Below are positions 51,840 to 64,000 of a stretch of 64,000 bases of DNA, in pieces; position 1 is the first letter of the stretch; every line of letters starts with the position of its first letter. The position numbers and the translations under genes were made by a program. The notes below the pieces were generated by a model. The model saw only the letters and a list, made by a program, of their open reading frames with translations. It was not told where the DNA came from and did not search any database. The stretch is from Holothuria leucospilota (Eukaryota), in assembly GCA_029531755.1 (NCBI GenBank), contig CM055964.1, positions 36,034,802 to 36,098,801 on the forward strand, in the 5' to 3' direction.

Positions 51840-52070
51840 AAAATCATCCACACAGTCGGCAAAATCCTGCACTGGTCGGCAAAATGAAGGAAAGGGGGAA
51901 GTGCAAACGAAGGAAAGTTAGAGGGAAGAAGAAAGAGAAAAAAGAGAAAAAAAGGGGAAAGAGTAGAGGGAGAGAGAAAGACCGAGCGAACAGAGAAAGA
52001 ACAGGGGAGGGAGGGGCAAAGCAGGGCAAAAGAAAGCCGGGGTTGGTGCAGACGGAAGACAGGAGATTGG
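51840..52070. repeat. Low-complexity purine-rich (GA/AG) tract. The long ORFs here on both strands are artefacts.
   Basis: gaaggaaagggggaagtgcaaacgaaggaaagttagagggaagaagaaagagaaaaaagagaaaaaaaggggaaagagtagagggagagagaaagaccgagcg.. Confidence 0.9.
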
Positions 52071-52169
52071 AATGCATGTGTAGACAACGTTTATCACAAT
52101 GTTTTCAAAGCCCGTAAGCAACACCTTTTGAAACTTGAAACATATTCTGTCGGCAAAAGAGCTACATAG

Positions 52170-54420
52170 GGCTTTGCAGTGTCACTGCATACTAGAGGAG
52201 TTCATCGTTCATGTGGTATTCTGGCACTGAGTCGGTAAATTCTGCACCAGTCGGAAAAATGAAGGAAATGTGCGGAAAAGAAAGAGGAAAAGAAGTGAAA
52301 GGAAGAGGACAATTTCTGTAATCAGAACCCCAAATCCCCTTCTCACCACTCCTCGACATAGAGCTGTCGGAACTTGGGGTCATTTCTGCGATAAAATTCA
52401 AAATTTTCGGTATGCTTTGCCCACTCTTCCTCAGTTTTGTTACTAATAGCTAAGTATGGAACAAACCCTTTTAATCTTTTCAAGTAACTTAATAACTAGA
52501 AATTATCGTTTTATGGAAATGCCGGGAATTTCATCTCATTTCGCTAAACTAAGTTAATGTTCTCTTTAGTCTGTCTTTCGGTACGGCTGGTGACTCGAGG
52601 AGGAAAGTACAATTTAAAGGCATTTTCCAGTGGCTTTTCAAAAGGGTCCCATGTGAAAGAGCAAAAAAAAACAGTTCATTCCCTCTAAACCCGTAGCAAT
52701 ACTCTTTTCCTTACTCGAGATATCTAATATTAAAGACTACTTATTTTTGTCAAAAAATACCTCTAGTTCTCATCAAGGTCACAGAATGTTATGTAAAGTG
52801 GGCACATTGCCTCAGGTTTCTTTTGTTTTCCTTTATAATTGAATGTCCTGTTGTCCTTGAAATTTGATACTGTTGGAATGTTTGAATAGCTTTTCATGTA
52901 GGTTTAGCATAAATCTACACCATATGTACGACATAACAAACAAAGTTACTAAACTTTCTCTACAACAGTGTTAATATCGTAGTAAAGAAATTCAATGCTT
53001 TGTCAAATTAACTTGAATGTGCCGGGATGACATCACTGATTTCCCATAATGCACTTTCTTGTGAGAAAAAATTGCATTTGTTTGAAAATTAGTATCTTCA
53101 AAACGCTACAAGCTATTGAGATGCGGTTTTCACCTCCTAGAAGAGAAAAAGTTTCTGCGTTTTTTGAAGTCATTGATTTTTATCACTGGCAAATCCCTTT
53201 AAGTTGTGCCTGATAGAGCCCAACTGCCTGGACAATTGACCTATATAAGCTTTAAATTGGTACAGATTCTTTTTAGTGTAAGTTTACCCAAAAATTTCGC
53301 GCGCTTTGCAATTTCACAGTTTAGATTTCGAGTAAAACCTTAAATCAGGTTGAACTATTTTCCTTGAGTATACAGTGGCGGCGGAACGGAGGTGGGGTGG
53401 GCCTTGGGGCTCAGTCCCCAATGAAAAGAGTAAGGGGGCTAAACGTATGTTCAGCCCCCCAATATTTGTTCAACTCATCTGATATGTATAACCATTTTTC
53501 ATAGATTGATTTTTTTCTCATTAGTTAAGAAATTGCAGACATAAGATCCATATTTCAAGGCTGGATGCATGCAGCTTAGAACACTCGGGAAGTGCCGTTT
53601 CTGGCCATCTGGAGCCAAAATTTTCTTGTATGCTCCGCTTCAACTGATGGTGGCGCTCCGCTTAGATAGTCTTGCTCGCACCAAGCCCCCCCCCCCCCCC
53701 CAATATTTTTCCGTTCCGCGGCGCCTGCGATTATATATAAAATTTTATGCAATTTATGCCTCGCAATGGCAAAGATTCAAAATAACACTATATAAAGTGC
53801 GCAACTCGGCTCATGAAGTATTAAGTGATATCATGTAAAATATGCCCTGAAATGGCATGGGATAATAAGTCATATCCCCTTGTCACCACCTCTGCGACAG
53901 AGGGCTGTCGAAGCTTGGGTGGCTGGCATGGCCCAGCCCTCTGAAAATTCTGTCGCCACCCATGATCTGTTTACTTATTTTGGCTTTCAAAGAGTCATTT
54001 CTTCAAGGAAACCCAAGATTTCCGGTACGCTTTGCCCACTCTTCCACAGTTCTGTTACTTATAGTTAAATATAATACAAACCATTTCCACCTTTTCAAGT
54101 AACTGAAGAAGTAGAATTCATGAATTTATGTAAAAGTTGGGAATTTCACCTCATTTCACGTTATTCAGTCAATGTTCTCTTGGGTCTGTTGTGCGATACG
54201 GCTATAGTGACAAGAGGAGAGAAGTACAATGTAAGTTATGCCCGATAGGGACCAACTGCCCGGACAATTGACCTTGATTAGCTTTTAATAATTATACCGA
54301 TTCTGTTTAGTGAAGGATAACCCAAAAAATTTTCGCTCGCTTTGCAATTTCACACTTTAGATTCTGGGGAAAACATTAAATCAACCCCGAAACTACGTTC
54401 CTCTAGTATATACACCCATT
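52170..54420. repeat. Diverged tandem segmental duplication in the foldback middle segment. Paired blocks include 52340-52620 versus 53890-54240 and 53200-53380 versus 54240-54400.
   Basis: Shared strings: ..ttcggtatgctttgcccactcttcctcagttttgttactaatagctaagtatggaacaaaccc.. versus ..ttccggtacgctttgcccactcttccacagttctgttacttatagttaaatataatacaaacc.., and gcccaactgcctggacaattgacctatataagctttaaattggtacagattctttttagtg versus ggaccaactgcccggacaattgaccttgattagcttttaataattataccgattctgtttagtg. Confidence 0.75.
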
Positions 54421-55039
54421 TTTATGAAATGTATGTCCCGCAATGGCATGGTTTAGTACACAGAGTTTCTTCAGATCCCTCCTCACCATCCCCTTGACGG
54501 CATCTGGGCTGTCGGGGCTTCAGGTCGCTGCCTCCGCCCGTCTGGCCACCTGTCGGGCAAATCCTGGCGCCATCCCTGGCACTCAAAACTAGTTAGAAGT
54601 AGCCTACAGAATGATATTAGAAGAGATTTTTTTTTTCATTTTTTGGTCGTTTACCAAAGGATAGAGCTCTTCCAATTGTCTTCCAGTGAATAATCAGACA
54701 GGATGCTATCAATATCAATATCTGTCTCATATGGTGCAGGTAGGCCTACTATCATTAAGTTCCCTTCGCCCTTCGCGCTAGTCACTTTAACCATCTGTAA
54801 TGGTAAACTATATAGGTTTAAGGATGAAACAGCGCTGTTAACTTTTGCGATCATCTCAAGCAGCCTTCTTGACTGGCTTCGTGATCTTTAACGTAGTCCT
54901 GTCAATGTATGTGACACATACTGTAGCACACTGCAGCTTTCAACGCATAGAGGATAACCTGAACTGACACCGAATTTTACAAAATCTGAAACAAACGAAA
55001 TCTGATCAATAAGGCCTCTAGAACCAATTTAGGGCGGTC

Positions 55040-55340
55040 TTATGAGCTTATATTGCAGGAGCTTCCGGGGGCTTCGCTCCCTGGACCCCCACCGGGGCCC
55101 TGCCCCTGGACCCCGCCAGGGTGCCTGGCGCGGGCCCCTGGACCCCAAGCGTGCAAACTCGCGCTTCGCGCTCGTGGTGCACCTTCGGTGCACTTGTCAC
55201 ACCCCTCCATGTCAGTCGGGGGAATCACAGGTTGTGCCCCCCACCTTCGAAATCCTGCACACGCCACTGCGGCACCACACCCCCTTGATAAATGCTCTGG
55301 CGACACCCCTGCTTCCCACCACTCACGTATAGCCATTTAA
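55040..55340. other. CpG-rich, GC-rich island of about 300 bp inside the middle segment of the foldback-like structure. It carries ORFs on both strands as a composition artefact.
   Basis: Local GC content is far above the surrounding AT-rich DNA. There are many CpG dinucleotides (ccgggggcttcgctcc, ggcgcgggcc, ctcgcgcttcgcgctcgtgg) and repeated ccctggacccc motifs. Confidence 0.6.
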
Positions 55341-56249
55341 TGCATACCACTGTCTTCTTCCAATTTTATGATGCCCTTACCTCTATTCTATCAATTTGTC
55401 TCTCCCGCCTTTTGAAAGACCTTTTTGTTCTCTTTCCAATGATACCTGCCAGACTCATAACCTAAATTTACCGTTCTCTGTCGGACCAGGAAGCTGTCAC
55501 TTATAGTGGCAGCTCCCTGGTCGGACCAAGGGTTTAAAGAAGTATACTTCTTCAATTTTTGCAATTTTGTCGGTAATGTGATATGCCACAGTGTTTTCCT
55601 GTATAGAGCCCTGAAGAGTACCTAGCCCTCTGTGGGCTGGGGGTTGTAGAATATGCCCACGGTATTTCCCGCCTGTCGTAAGAGGCGACTAAAGGGAAGG
55701 ACTTGCACTGTCAAAACTTTGCTTGACACTATATGACACATTTGTGTTGGTGTGTCGTTAAAGTAACTAACTGAAGAGTCCCTACTTTGAAAGCGGTGCT
55801 ACACACCTTTAACCTATTTCCTTATGGTTGTCTCTCGTAAAATTCGAAAGATAACAAATTTTTCTTACTATCTATATAAACTTTATTGCCATTGGTTCTT
55901 TTTCTTTGAAGGACCACGAAGATATCGAATGAGAATCTGTGTTATATTTCGAGCATTCCCTTCTTTCTCCCTGTAATATCTTGCTACGTAGCAGGCTGTA
56001 CGGCATATTCCTTGTTTAGTTGGAAAGCGAAGAAGCTGAGCAGACAGTCCGCTCAGCGGGTCGGTATTAAATCATGCTAGCACAGTACACAGTGCATACA
56101 ATGCTGAGTGCGCGGTCAAGCTCCGCACACACTCTAAGGAATTTCGTTCTCACCAACGATGGTCCTCGATTCTAGCGATAAACGGTCAAATTTCTAGAAG
56201 CACACACGTGGCGAAAGGTTTTGATATGCTACTCTTAGTATACACGGCC

Positions 56250-57470
56250 AATTATCATGGATTGTCGTTTGATAATCTTGGATTCTCGACCGATAATCTT
56301 GGATTCTCGACCGATAATCTTGGATTCTCGACCGATAATCTTGGATTATCGAAAAGTATTTTGATAATCTTGGATTCTCGACCGATAATCTTGGATTATC
56401 GAAACATATTTTGATAATCTTGGATTATCGACGGATAATCTTGGATTATCGACCGATAATCTTGGATTCTCGACCGATAATCTTGGATTATAGAAAAATA
56501 GTTTGATAATCTTGGATTATCGACCGATAACCTTGGATTATCGACCGATATTCTTGGATTATCGAAAAAAAATTTGATAATCTTGGATTCTCGACCGATA
56601 ATCTTGGATTCTCGACCGATAATCTTGGATTCTCGACCGATAATCTTGGATTCTCGACCGATAATCTTGGATTCTCGACCGATAATCTTGGATTATCGGA
56701 AAAAAATTGATAATCTTGGATTCTCGACCGATAATCTTGGATTCTCGACCGATAATCTTGGATTATCGGGAAAAAAAATTGATAAGCTTGGATTCTCGAC
56801 CGATAATCTTGGATTCTCGACCGATAATCTTGGATTATCGAAAAATATTTTGATAATTTTGGATTATCCGTCGACCGATAATCTTGGATTCTCGACCGAT
56901 AATCTTGGATTATTGAAAAATATTTTGATAATCTTGGATTCTCGACCGATAAACCAAGATTATCGGTCGATAATCCAAGATTGTCGGTCGAGAATCCAAG
57001 ATTATCGGTCGAGAATCCAAGATTATCGGTCGAGAATCCAAGATTCTCGACCGAGAATCCAAGATTATCAATCGAAAATCTTGGATTATCTGGCCAAATG
57101 TGCAACAAAGTGATATTCCAAGATTTTCGCGTGATAAACCAGGTTCGACGAGCCGAATGTTCATTAAATAGATAATCCAAGATTATCGTTCGATAATCTT
57201 GGATTTTCGTTCGAGTATCCAAGATTATCAAAATAATATTGCCTATCGGGCGACAATCCAAGATTGTCTGGATAAACCTCGATTTTCATTTGATAATCCA
57301 AGATTATCAGTTGATAAACCTGGTTTATCATTGATAATCCAAGATTATCACGAGATAAACTTGGTTTATCATTGATAATCCAAGATTATCGACTGATAAT
57401 CCAAGATAATCAGTCGAGAATCTTGGATTCTCGACCGATAATCTTGGATTATCAGTCGATAATCTTGGAT
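56250..57470 (-). repeat. Satellite block II of about 55 copies of the same 21-bp unit, mostly in reverse-complement orientation (CGATAATCTTGGATTCTCGAC) with internal orientation switches.
   Basis: Orientation flips occur at about 56945, 57060, 57160 and 57410 (ccaag versus cttgg cores). The ORFs 56488-57261 and 56574-57113 are frame artefacts of the 21-nt (7-codon) periodicity. Confidence 0.95.
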
Positions 57471-57574
57471 TTTCTATTTATTGAACATTCGGCTTGCCAT
57501 AACCGTACGTAGTAGACGCGTAGCTAGCAAACGACAAACCATGGAGCACGGACAAACTCCAAAACACAACTTAA

Positions 57575-57850
57575 AGGGGAAATGCAGTCACCCCAACTTG
57601 AAGCAGTGTAGTAGACTGTCCTGTTTCATGATTGGCTCTTGAGAGTCATGTGACAATATTTTTTCTCCTCAAATGTGAAATTTACAAGAAGTAACTGATT
57701 GGTTTACCTTGAATATGCAATATTAAAGTCCTAACATATTATGAAAGATACTTTGAAGAGAAATAAGATGACAATTGTGAGATTTAGCTGTTGCTTCAAA
57801 ATAAGTTTGGGGCGACTGCTCTTGACCTTTAAACCAACGACTAGATAAAG
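57575..57850 (+). repeat. Second copy of the 280-bp dispersed repeat, inside the right arm of the foldback-like structure.
   Basis: See the 15505-15790 entry; about 80 percent identity by eye. Confidence 0.85.
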
Positions 57851-57879
57851 GTAACGTTGTATAGTTATAAGGTGTTATA

Positions 57880-58055
57880 TAAAACAAATAATGAATGTTT
57901 TTCATTCGTGCGATAGTACGAATAATTTCATTCGTTGAAAGATTTAACGTTCTATTCAACTCGGCTTCGCCTCGTTGAATAGAACGTTCAATCTTTCAAC
58001 TCATGAAACAATTCATACTATCGCACTCATAAACATTCATTATTTGTATAACAAT
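57880..58055. repeat. Long palindrome with arms of about 85 bp centred near 57965, directly abutting the (TA)n run.
   Basis: Left arm ..gtgcgatagtacgaataatttcattcgttgaaagatttaacgttctattcaactcggc and right arm gcctcgttgaatagaacgttcaatctttcaactcatgaaacaattcatactatcgcac are reverse complements with few mismatches. Confidence 0.85.
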
Positions 58056-58075
58056 ATATATATAATAATAAGTCT

Positions 58076-58213
<138 letters not shown>

Positions 58214-59394
58214 TGCAGTATATGTACGTAGTGTTTCGAACGCCTGTGAGTTACACCTGGCTCACCCTTCACATTGACTGAACTACATCTGAGATCGCTA
58301 CACCAGTTTCATAGTATGCCTGCCTTCTGCAGGTTTTTGTTGTTCTTGAAAATAGAAAAGGTAACTGACAAAAAAATATTGTTGAGCTTCCGACTATGAA
58401 TGGTAGGACGAGGGGAGGGGGCACTGGGACAGTTCAAGATAATGGAAGGGGCGGTAGTCTAAAAAATTTTGAGAACCACTGCCATAATCCTAACCTGCAT
58501 GAGCATTACTCGTTTTTCACGTTTTCTAAGAAGATTACAAACATTCGTCCTGGAAAAATATCTGCGTCCTGGCTGCTGGGATGTCATAGTAGCTATATTG
58601 CGTACAGCAGTAGTGCTGTATTCATTGCCAGGCCTGGGAACTTAGGTGGGGTGAGAATAACATCGGTAAGCACTGCAGGGCCGTAGAAGGGTGGGGTCAG
58701 CTGCTACATCCTTTGGTTCAGTGGCGTTTGGCATTTTTTACCGTCACTTTAGGCCACTCTCAAACAACTCAGTGATATTTTTTTAAACACTTCAAGCTGA
58801 AAACTATTGGGAAGGGGATATTTTTTTAAACTTCAAGCTGAAAATTATTGGGAAAGGGGCGTCCCTTCCTGGCTGTAGCAACCCTGAGGTACTTCTGATG
58901 CTGGAAGAAAAGAAGGAGTAAGAAGGGACTGACAAGTGCTTCCCAACCCCAATCTCCTCCTGGTGCCATCATGTCCCTTACAAAATCTGGAGGCACTCAT
59001 GAAAGGACCAATATGATTGTATTTTGAGTTGAGCTGAGACAGACACAGACTTGGATTGCATAATTTGTGACTGACATTTAAGTAATGTTAAAATATTTTT
59101 TTTAAAATAATTTACACAATATGTGATATTGCTTAGGTGGATCTGTGGAGGGGGGACGGTCTGGGGTGTGGGCGCTCTTTTTGATTTGTTGCCATAGACA
59201 CTACAAGTATAGACACTACAAGTAATGATCCGATCTTTTGTTACACAACCGTACTTGCCCTTGGGTTCTCCTTTTCAGACCTGAAAGCCAAAAGGCTTAG
59301 TGATTCCTTGAAGAAAGGGGGGTGCTTTGTTACACTGAGGTTCATCCATCAAATTTATACTTCTCTTCTACATCATTTTTTATGATGTGGTCAC

Positions 59395-61120
59395 AATTTG
59401 ACCCCTGCTCACATCAGCTCATGTCACATGACCTTTAAACCGAAACTTGAATAACCACAAAAAAATGAAAAAAAAATAAAACGAATGAGAAGGGATTTAT
59501 CTGTGCTTCCTCCCTTGTAATGACATGTTTACAAAGTTTCAGTTTTTGACCTCTGGTGACCTCAAATGGCTTGTGCCCTCCACAAAAAACAATAGGGTTT
59601 TTCCTCGCACCATAACACATCCACATACTTAGTATAAAATCTATCCAAGCTTCCTACCTTGAGATACTGTGTAAACAAGGTTTTCAGACTTTGACCCCTG
59701 GTGACCCGAAATGACCTTTGACCTCCACCAAAAACTATACGCTTCTTCCTCGCACCATAACGCATCCACATACTTAATATGAAATCAATACAAGCTTCCA
59801 ACCTTGCGATATGGTATAAACAAGGTTTTCAGAGTTTGACCCCTGATGACCTTTGACCTCCACCAAAAATAAGAGAAATCTTCCTCTCACCATACCACAT
59901 CCACATACTTGGTATGAAATCTATCCAAACTTCCTACCTTGAAATATCATGTAAACAAGGTTTTCAGACTTTGACCTACCGGTGACCCCAGATGACCTTG
60001 ACCCCCACCAAAAACAATAGGGTTCTTCCTCTCACCACAATGCATCTACATACCAAGCATGAAATCTATCCAAGCTTTCTAACTTGAGATATCGTGTAAA
60101 CAAGGTTTTCAGATTTTGACCCCCGGTGACCCCAGATGACCTTTGACCTCCACCAAAAACGATAGGGTTCTTCCTCTCACCACAACGCATCTACATACCA
60201 TGCATGAAATCTATCCAAGCTTTCTAACTTGAGAAATCATGTAAACAAGGTTTTCAGATTTTGACCCCCGGTGACCCCAGATGACCTTTGACCTCCACCA
60301 AAAACGATAGGGTTCTTCCTCTCACCACAACGCATCTACACACCATGCATGAAATCTATCCAAGTTTTCTAACTTGAGATATCGTGTAAACAAGGTTTTC
60401 AGATTTTGACCCCCGGTGACCCCAGATGACCTTTGACCTCCACCAAAAACGATAGGGTTCTTCCTCTCACCACAACGCATCTACATACCAAGCATGAAAT
60501 CTATCCAAGCTTTCTAACTTGAGATATCGTGTAAACAAGGTTTTCAGATTTTGACCCCCGGTGACCCCAGATGACCTTTGACCTCCACCAAAAACGATAG
60601 GGCTCTTCCTCTTACCACAATGCATCTACATACCAAGCATGAAATCTATCCAAGCTTTCTAACTTGAGAAATCGTGTAAACAAGGTTTTCAGATTTTCAC
60701 CCCCGGTGACCCCAGATGACCTTTGACCTCCACCAAAAACAATAGGGTTCTTCCTCTTATCACAATGCATCTACATACCAAGCATGAAATCTATCCAAGC
60801 TTTCTAACTTGAGATATCGTGTAAACAAGGTTTTCTGATTTTGACCCCCAGTGACCCCAGATGACCTTTGACCTCCACCAAAAACGATAGGGTTCTTCCT
60901 CTCACCACAAAACATCTACATACCAAGCATGAAATCTATCCAAGCTTTCTAACTTGAGATATTGTGTAAACAAGTTTTCAGATTTTGACCCCTAGTGACC
61001 CCAGATAACCTTTGACCTCCACAAAAAACAATAGGGTTCTTCCTCTCAATATGGGCCATCTATGTACCAAGTTTGAGAACTGTCCAACTTTCCCTTCTTG
61101 AGATATCGTGTTAACAAGCT
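59395..61120. repeat. 145-bp tandem satellite of about 12 copies. The first three copies are more diverged.
   Basis: The string agattttgac recurs at 60111, 60256, 60401 and 60546, giving a period of 145 bp. Unit consensus: ..GACCCCCGGTGACCCCAGATGACCTTTGACCTCCACCAAAAACGATAGGGTTCTTCCTCTCACCACAACGCATCTACATACCAAGCATGAAATCTATCCAAGCTTTCTAACTTGAGATATCGTGTAAACAAGGTTTTCAGATTTT. Confidence 0.95.
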
Positions 61121-61130
61121 AAGCCATCAC

Positions 61131-61153
61131 ATACACACACACACACACACACG
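61131..61153. repeat. (CA)n microsatellite terminating the 145-bp satellite.
   Basis: acacacacacacacacacac. Confidence 0.9.
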
Positions 61154-64000
61154 ACATCACCATCGCATAGATTCCTTGCCTGCCTTCGGCAAGGAATCAA
61201 AAATACTGGATCTGCAGGGGCCATGGAGCCAATTTTGAAGTGGGGGAAGGGGAGGGGGGCTAATGATCAAAGCGGCCCAATATATGTTCAAGAAAATAAA
61301 AGCCTATCATCCCAAAATGCCCAAGGCAGAAAGAGTGTGGAAGCTAAATCCCCCTGCCATGTGTCTCTTTGCGGTCCCTGATCTGCCTCATGTATTGAAA
61401 AATGTGTGAGAGACTTGCAAGACTATGGGAAATGGGATCCCAAATACTTTCTTTGGAATCAGAGCCATGAAGCAGGCCTCACAAACAGTGGCTTCAAAAT
61501 ATCTCTAGACCACATGAAAAAAGGGGCCACCATTGCTGGGTTCCTACAAGAAACTTCCACATCCCCAAGGTCCTACCATACAGTAGCCTTGGAGGTAATT
61601 TTGGCATTCTAATACACAGTATATTGATGACAAATGTTTGACCAATCCAGTTTGGCATCTACCACACAGAATGTCAGCACGGTGTTTGTAAAGGGTAGGT
61701 AAGGAGGGAGGTATGGTGGGTAGAAGGCACTCATGGCTCACAAGGGAGATGGTGCACCCAGTGACATGATAAAACAACACTTTAAAACAGAAGACACTAA
61801 CAAATTTTCATATCTCATACAATTTCAGTGTTAAAACTCTATTCCAATCAATGCATTAGAGTCAAAACTTGCAAAGCATCATTAAACTGGAAGGAGAAGG
61901 GCAATACTGCCCCCACTTCTTACTTTAAGCAGTGAACTGCAAAATATGCAACTTGCGAATGAAAAAGGGAAAACAGACAGAATATTTGATATTCTTGATT
62001 TCTAGGTACATAGACATTTTTTGTACTACACCTGAATACTTTAAATTGAGTGAAACACTTTATATCTAAAATTCCTTTGAATGCTGATGTCAGCTTCCTT
62101 TCGGAGAAAATGGAACAAATTAGTGCTTCACAAGTATGTTAATTATGGTTGCAGAATGATTCTAGCAATCTCATATGTTTATGTCAATGTACCCTGGCTC
62201 TCCCTTTCAACTGCTGCTTTTAAACTTGACTTAAAAACAAAAATTTGAACACAAAGTAAACTGAAGCAATTTCCACTGCTTCTGAAAGGACCAAACTACC
62301 ATCACTCTTGTACTACAAAAATGTATAAAAGTCATTTCCCCAATTCACTGATCCAGTTTCACCTTAATGTTTATTCAAATACATGTCAACAGGGGCAACA
62401 AAAATAGAAGAGGGGGTAAGATTCCCATTTTTACAGAATTTTCCATACATTCACACAAATTTTCCATAAATTGTTAAGTTCCATCTTGTTTAAAAGCAGC
62501 TTACAGCTTTTTCTAACTGTAACATTACATTTGATCCTGCGGACAAGATACTATTCCCCAATTTCAAACTGTTTTTCTGCCACCATATTAAACTGCACCA
62601 TACAAATGGTGGAATGAATTGAAGCACCCTTCCATACAATCTGACACATTACCTCTAACAAAACTGTATCAAAATTTGTACTGTTCTCCTCCCTTGAAAT
62701 GGAACATTGTCACATAAACCCCATCATTCACTGTTAAATCTTTGCTTTATTTGACTTGCTCAAAGTTCTGTGAACAGCCACACAGAATAGCCTACGAGGA
62801 CCACACTGTTCATCCGCAACTGCTTGTCCCTTTGGCATTCTTACCCGATTCCCGGCCCACCCCCTTCCCCTCCTCCTCCCCTCTCACCATGCTACTTAGA
62901 AAAATATTATCTACAAAAGTACAGCAACCCCCACCCAACAACTACTTTTATCCTTAGAAACGTATCATCATGCAGGTAGCTACCAAGTGGCAGTTCCCTG
63001 GATTAAGGCAAATTATCTTGTTGCACTTTAAAACCCCAAATATGACAATTTTTAATACCAAACATTCTACAATCACCTTAGGGTAACACTGCGCATCTAC
63101 TTCATTAGGGAAATATGACCAAAACAACTACAGTACAAATTAACTTTGGTAACAACTCTATGTTCCGACATCTCTGTTCTAAAACCCATACCAATAACAC
63201 TTTCACCCTAACCTAACCCCAACCTAACCTTTATCCTAACATGGACCTTTGAGTAGACTTCTGGAATACGGACACCTTGGAACAGAGAGCAGTCCCCAAA
63301 AAATTTTATGATCTCACCACTTCCTGATAAAACTGTATCCCATGTCACTTGGCTGCATTTCATTTCACAAAAAACTGACATTGTTTGCATTTTATTCAAA
63401 ACTTACGTCTCTTTGTGATGATATTCTAACAAGAGACACCCAATGCTACGTACCATCAAGCCACCTCAAGAAAAAAAAAAGAAACTGAAATACCATTTAT
63501 AGCACCGCTGTCAATTACGTTGTAATACAAAATGGCATCTGCATGTTAATATTTGAAACAGTTGATCAGATAGACAAATAATTCATACCAAAATGGCCTC
63601 AAAGCCATGTCACATAATTGGACAATCAAAAGGTCTGGTTTTTAAATAACCCATAATGGTTTGAACTTTTGGACTTGCTATTGCTATTATAACATGGCAG
63701 TCAACGTGTTATGTAGGCACAACACGTATTCTGGGCAAAAGAAACCTATAACAATCCAGCAATAAGCACAGCTCTTTGAAATGGACTAACAATCAAAGGC
63801 AGTATGGACTTACCTTGCAAATTTCACAAATATTTCATTCTACCTACTAATTTCATTAGAAGTACAAACTGTTTAAGCCCTTCTTGCCACACCAGTAGTA
63901 TCAGGCGCGGATCCAGAAATTTTGAAAAGGGGGGGCTGACAGCCCCCTTGAATATTCTCCTAGATTAACATTATGCTAATTTTCGTGTATTTGTTATTGT

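Noticed and set aside
51692-52124. ORFs of 114-131 aa on both strands (the sense strand reads ..KERGKCKRRKVRGKKKEKKEKKRGK..).
   Set aside because: This is a purine-rich GA low-complexity tract. The lysine/arginine/glutamate-rich peptides are artefacts.
55040-55340. Overlapping ORFs of 95-98 aa on both strands.
   Set aside because: This is a compositional artefact of a GC-rich, stop-poor island. The peptides are proline/glycine/alanine-rich with no conserved domain.
56488-57261. Long ORFs of 257 aa and 179 aa (also 50783-51277, 164 aa) with repetitive peptide sequences such as IILDSRPIILD.
   Set aside because: These lie entirely within the 21-bp satellite. A 21-nt period equals 7 codons, so any stop-free frame stays open across the array. 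The peptides are low complexity, sit on both strands, and have no start context.

Overview
This window is eukaryotic nuclear DNA, AT-rich and heavily loaded with repeats; base composition and repeat content would fit an invertebrate deuterostome such as an echinoderm. It is not prokaryotic: there are no operons, CRISPR arrays or defence islands, and most six-frame ORFs are artefacts of repeats. Note that the ORF track uses alternative start codons, so many listed M residues are really TTG/CTG/GTG.

The one clearly supported gene is a complete major vault protein (MVP) gene on the minus strand. It has 14 coding exons from the ATG at 44645 to a TAA at 19357-19359. All exons were reconstructed by hand from the sequence with GT/AG splice sites, and the total CDS is 2604 nt, which is divisible by 3 and encodes 867 aa. 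Intron 1 is about 12.8 kb (31657-44484) and full of transposon debris.

Other content: a decayed Penelope-like retroelement (reverse transcriptase plus GIY-YIG endonuclease, inverted 5' segment, embedded between two (TA)n microsatellites at 6.2-8.1 kb); several MITE families; short interstitial telomeric repeats with palindromic flanks; two satellite arrays (21-bp and 145-bp units); and a roughly 2-kb inverted duplication inside MVP intron 1.

The most unusual structure is an approximately 8-kb composite foldback-like element at 50285-58262. Its arms are long inverted repeats built from a 21-bp palindromic, GATA-motif-containing satellite with internal orientation flips. It encloses a CpG-rich island and tandem segmental duplications.

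I see no evidence for a novel prokaryotic-type system and do not claim one.
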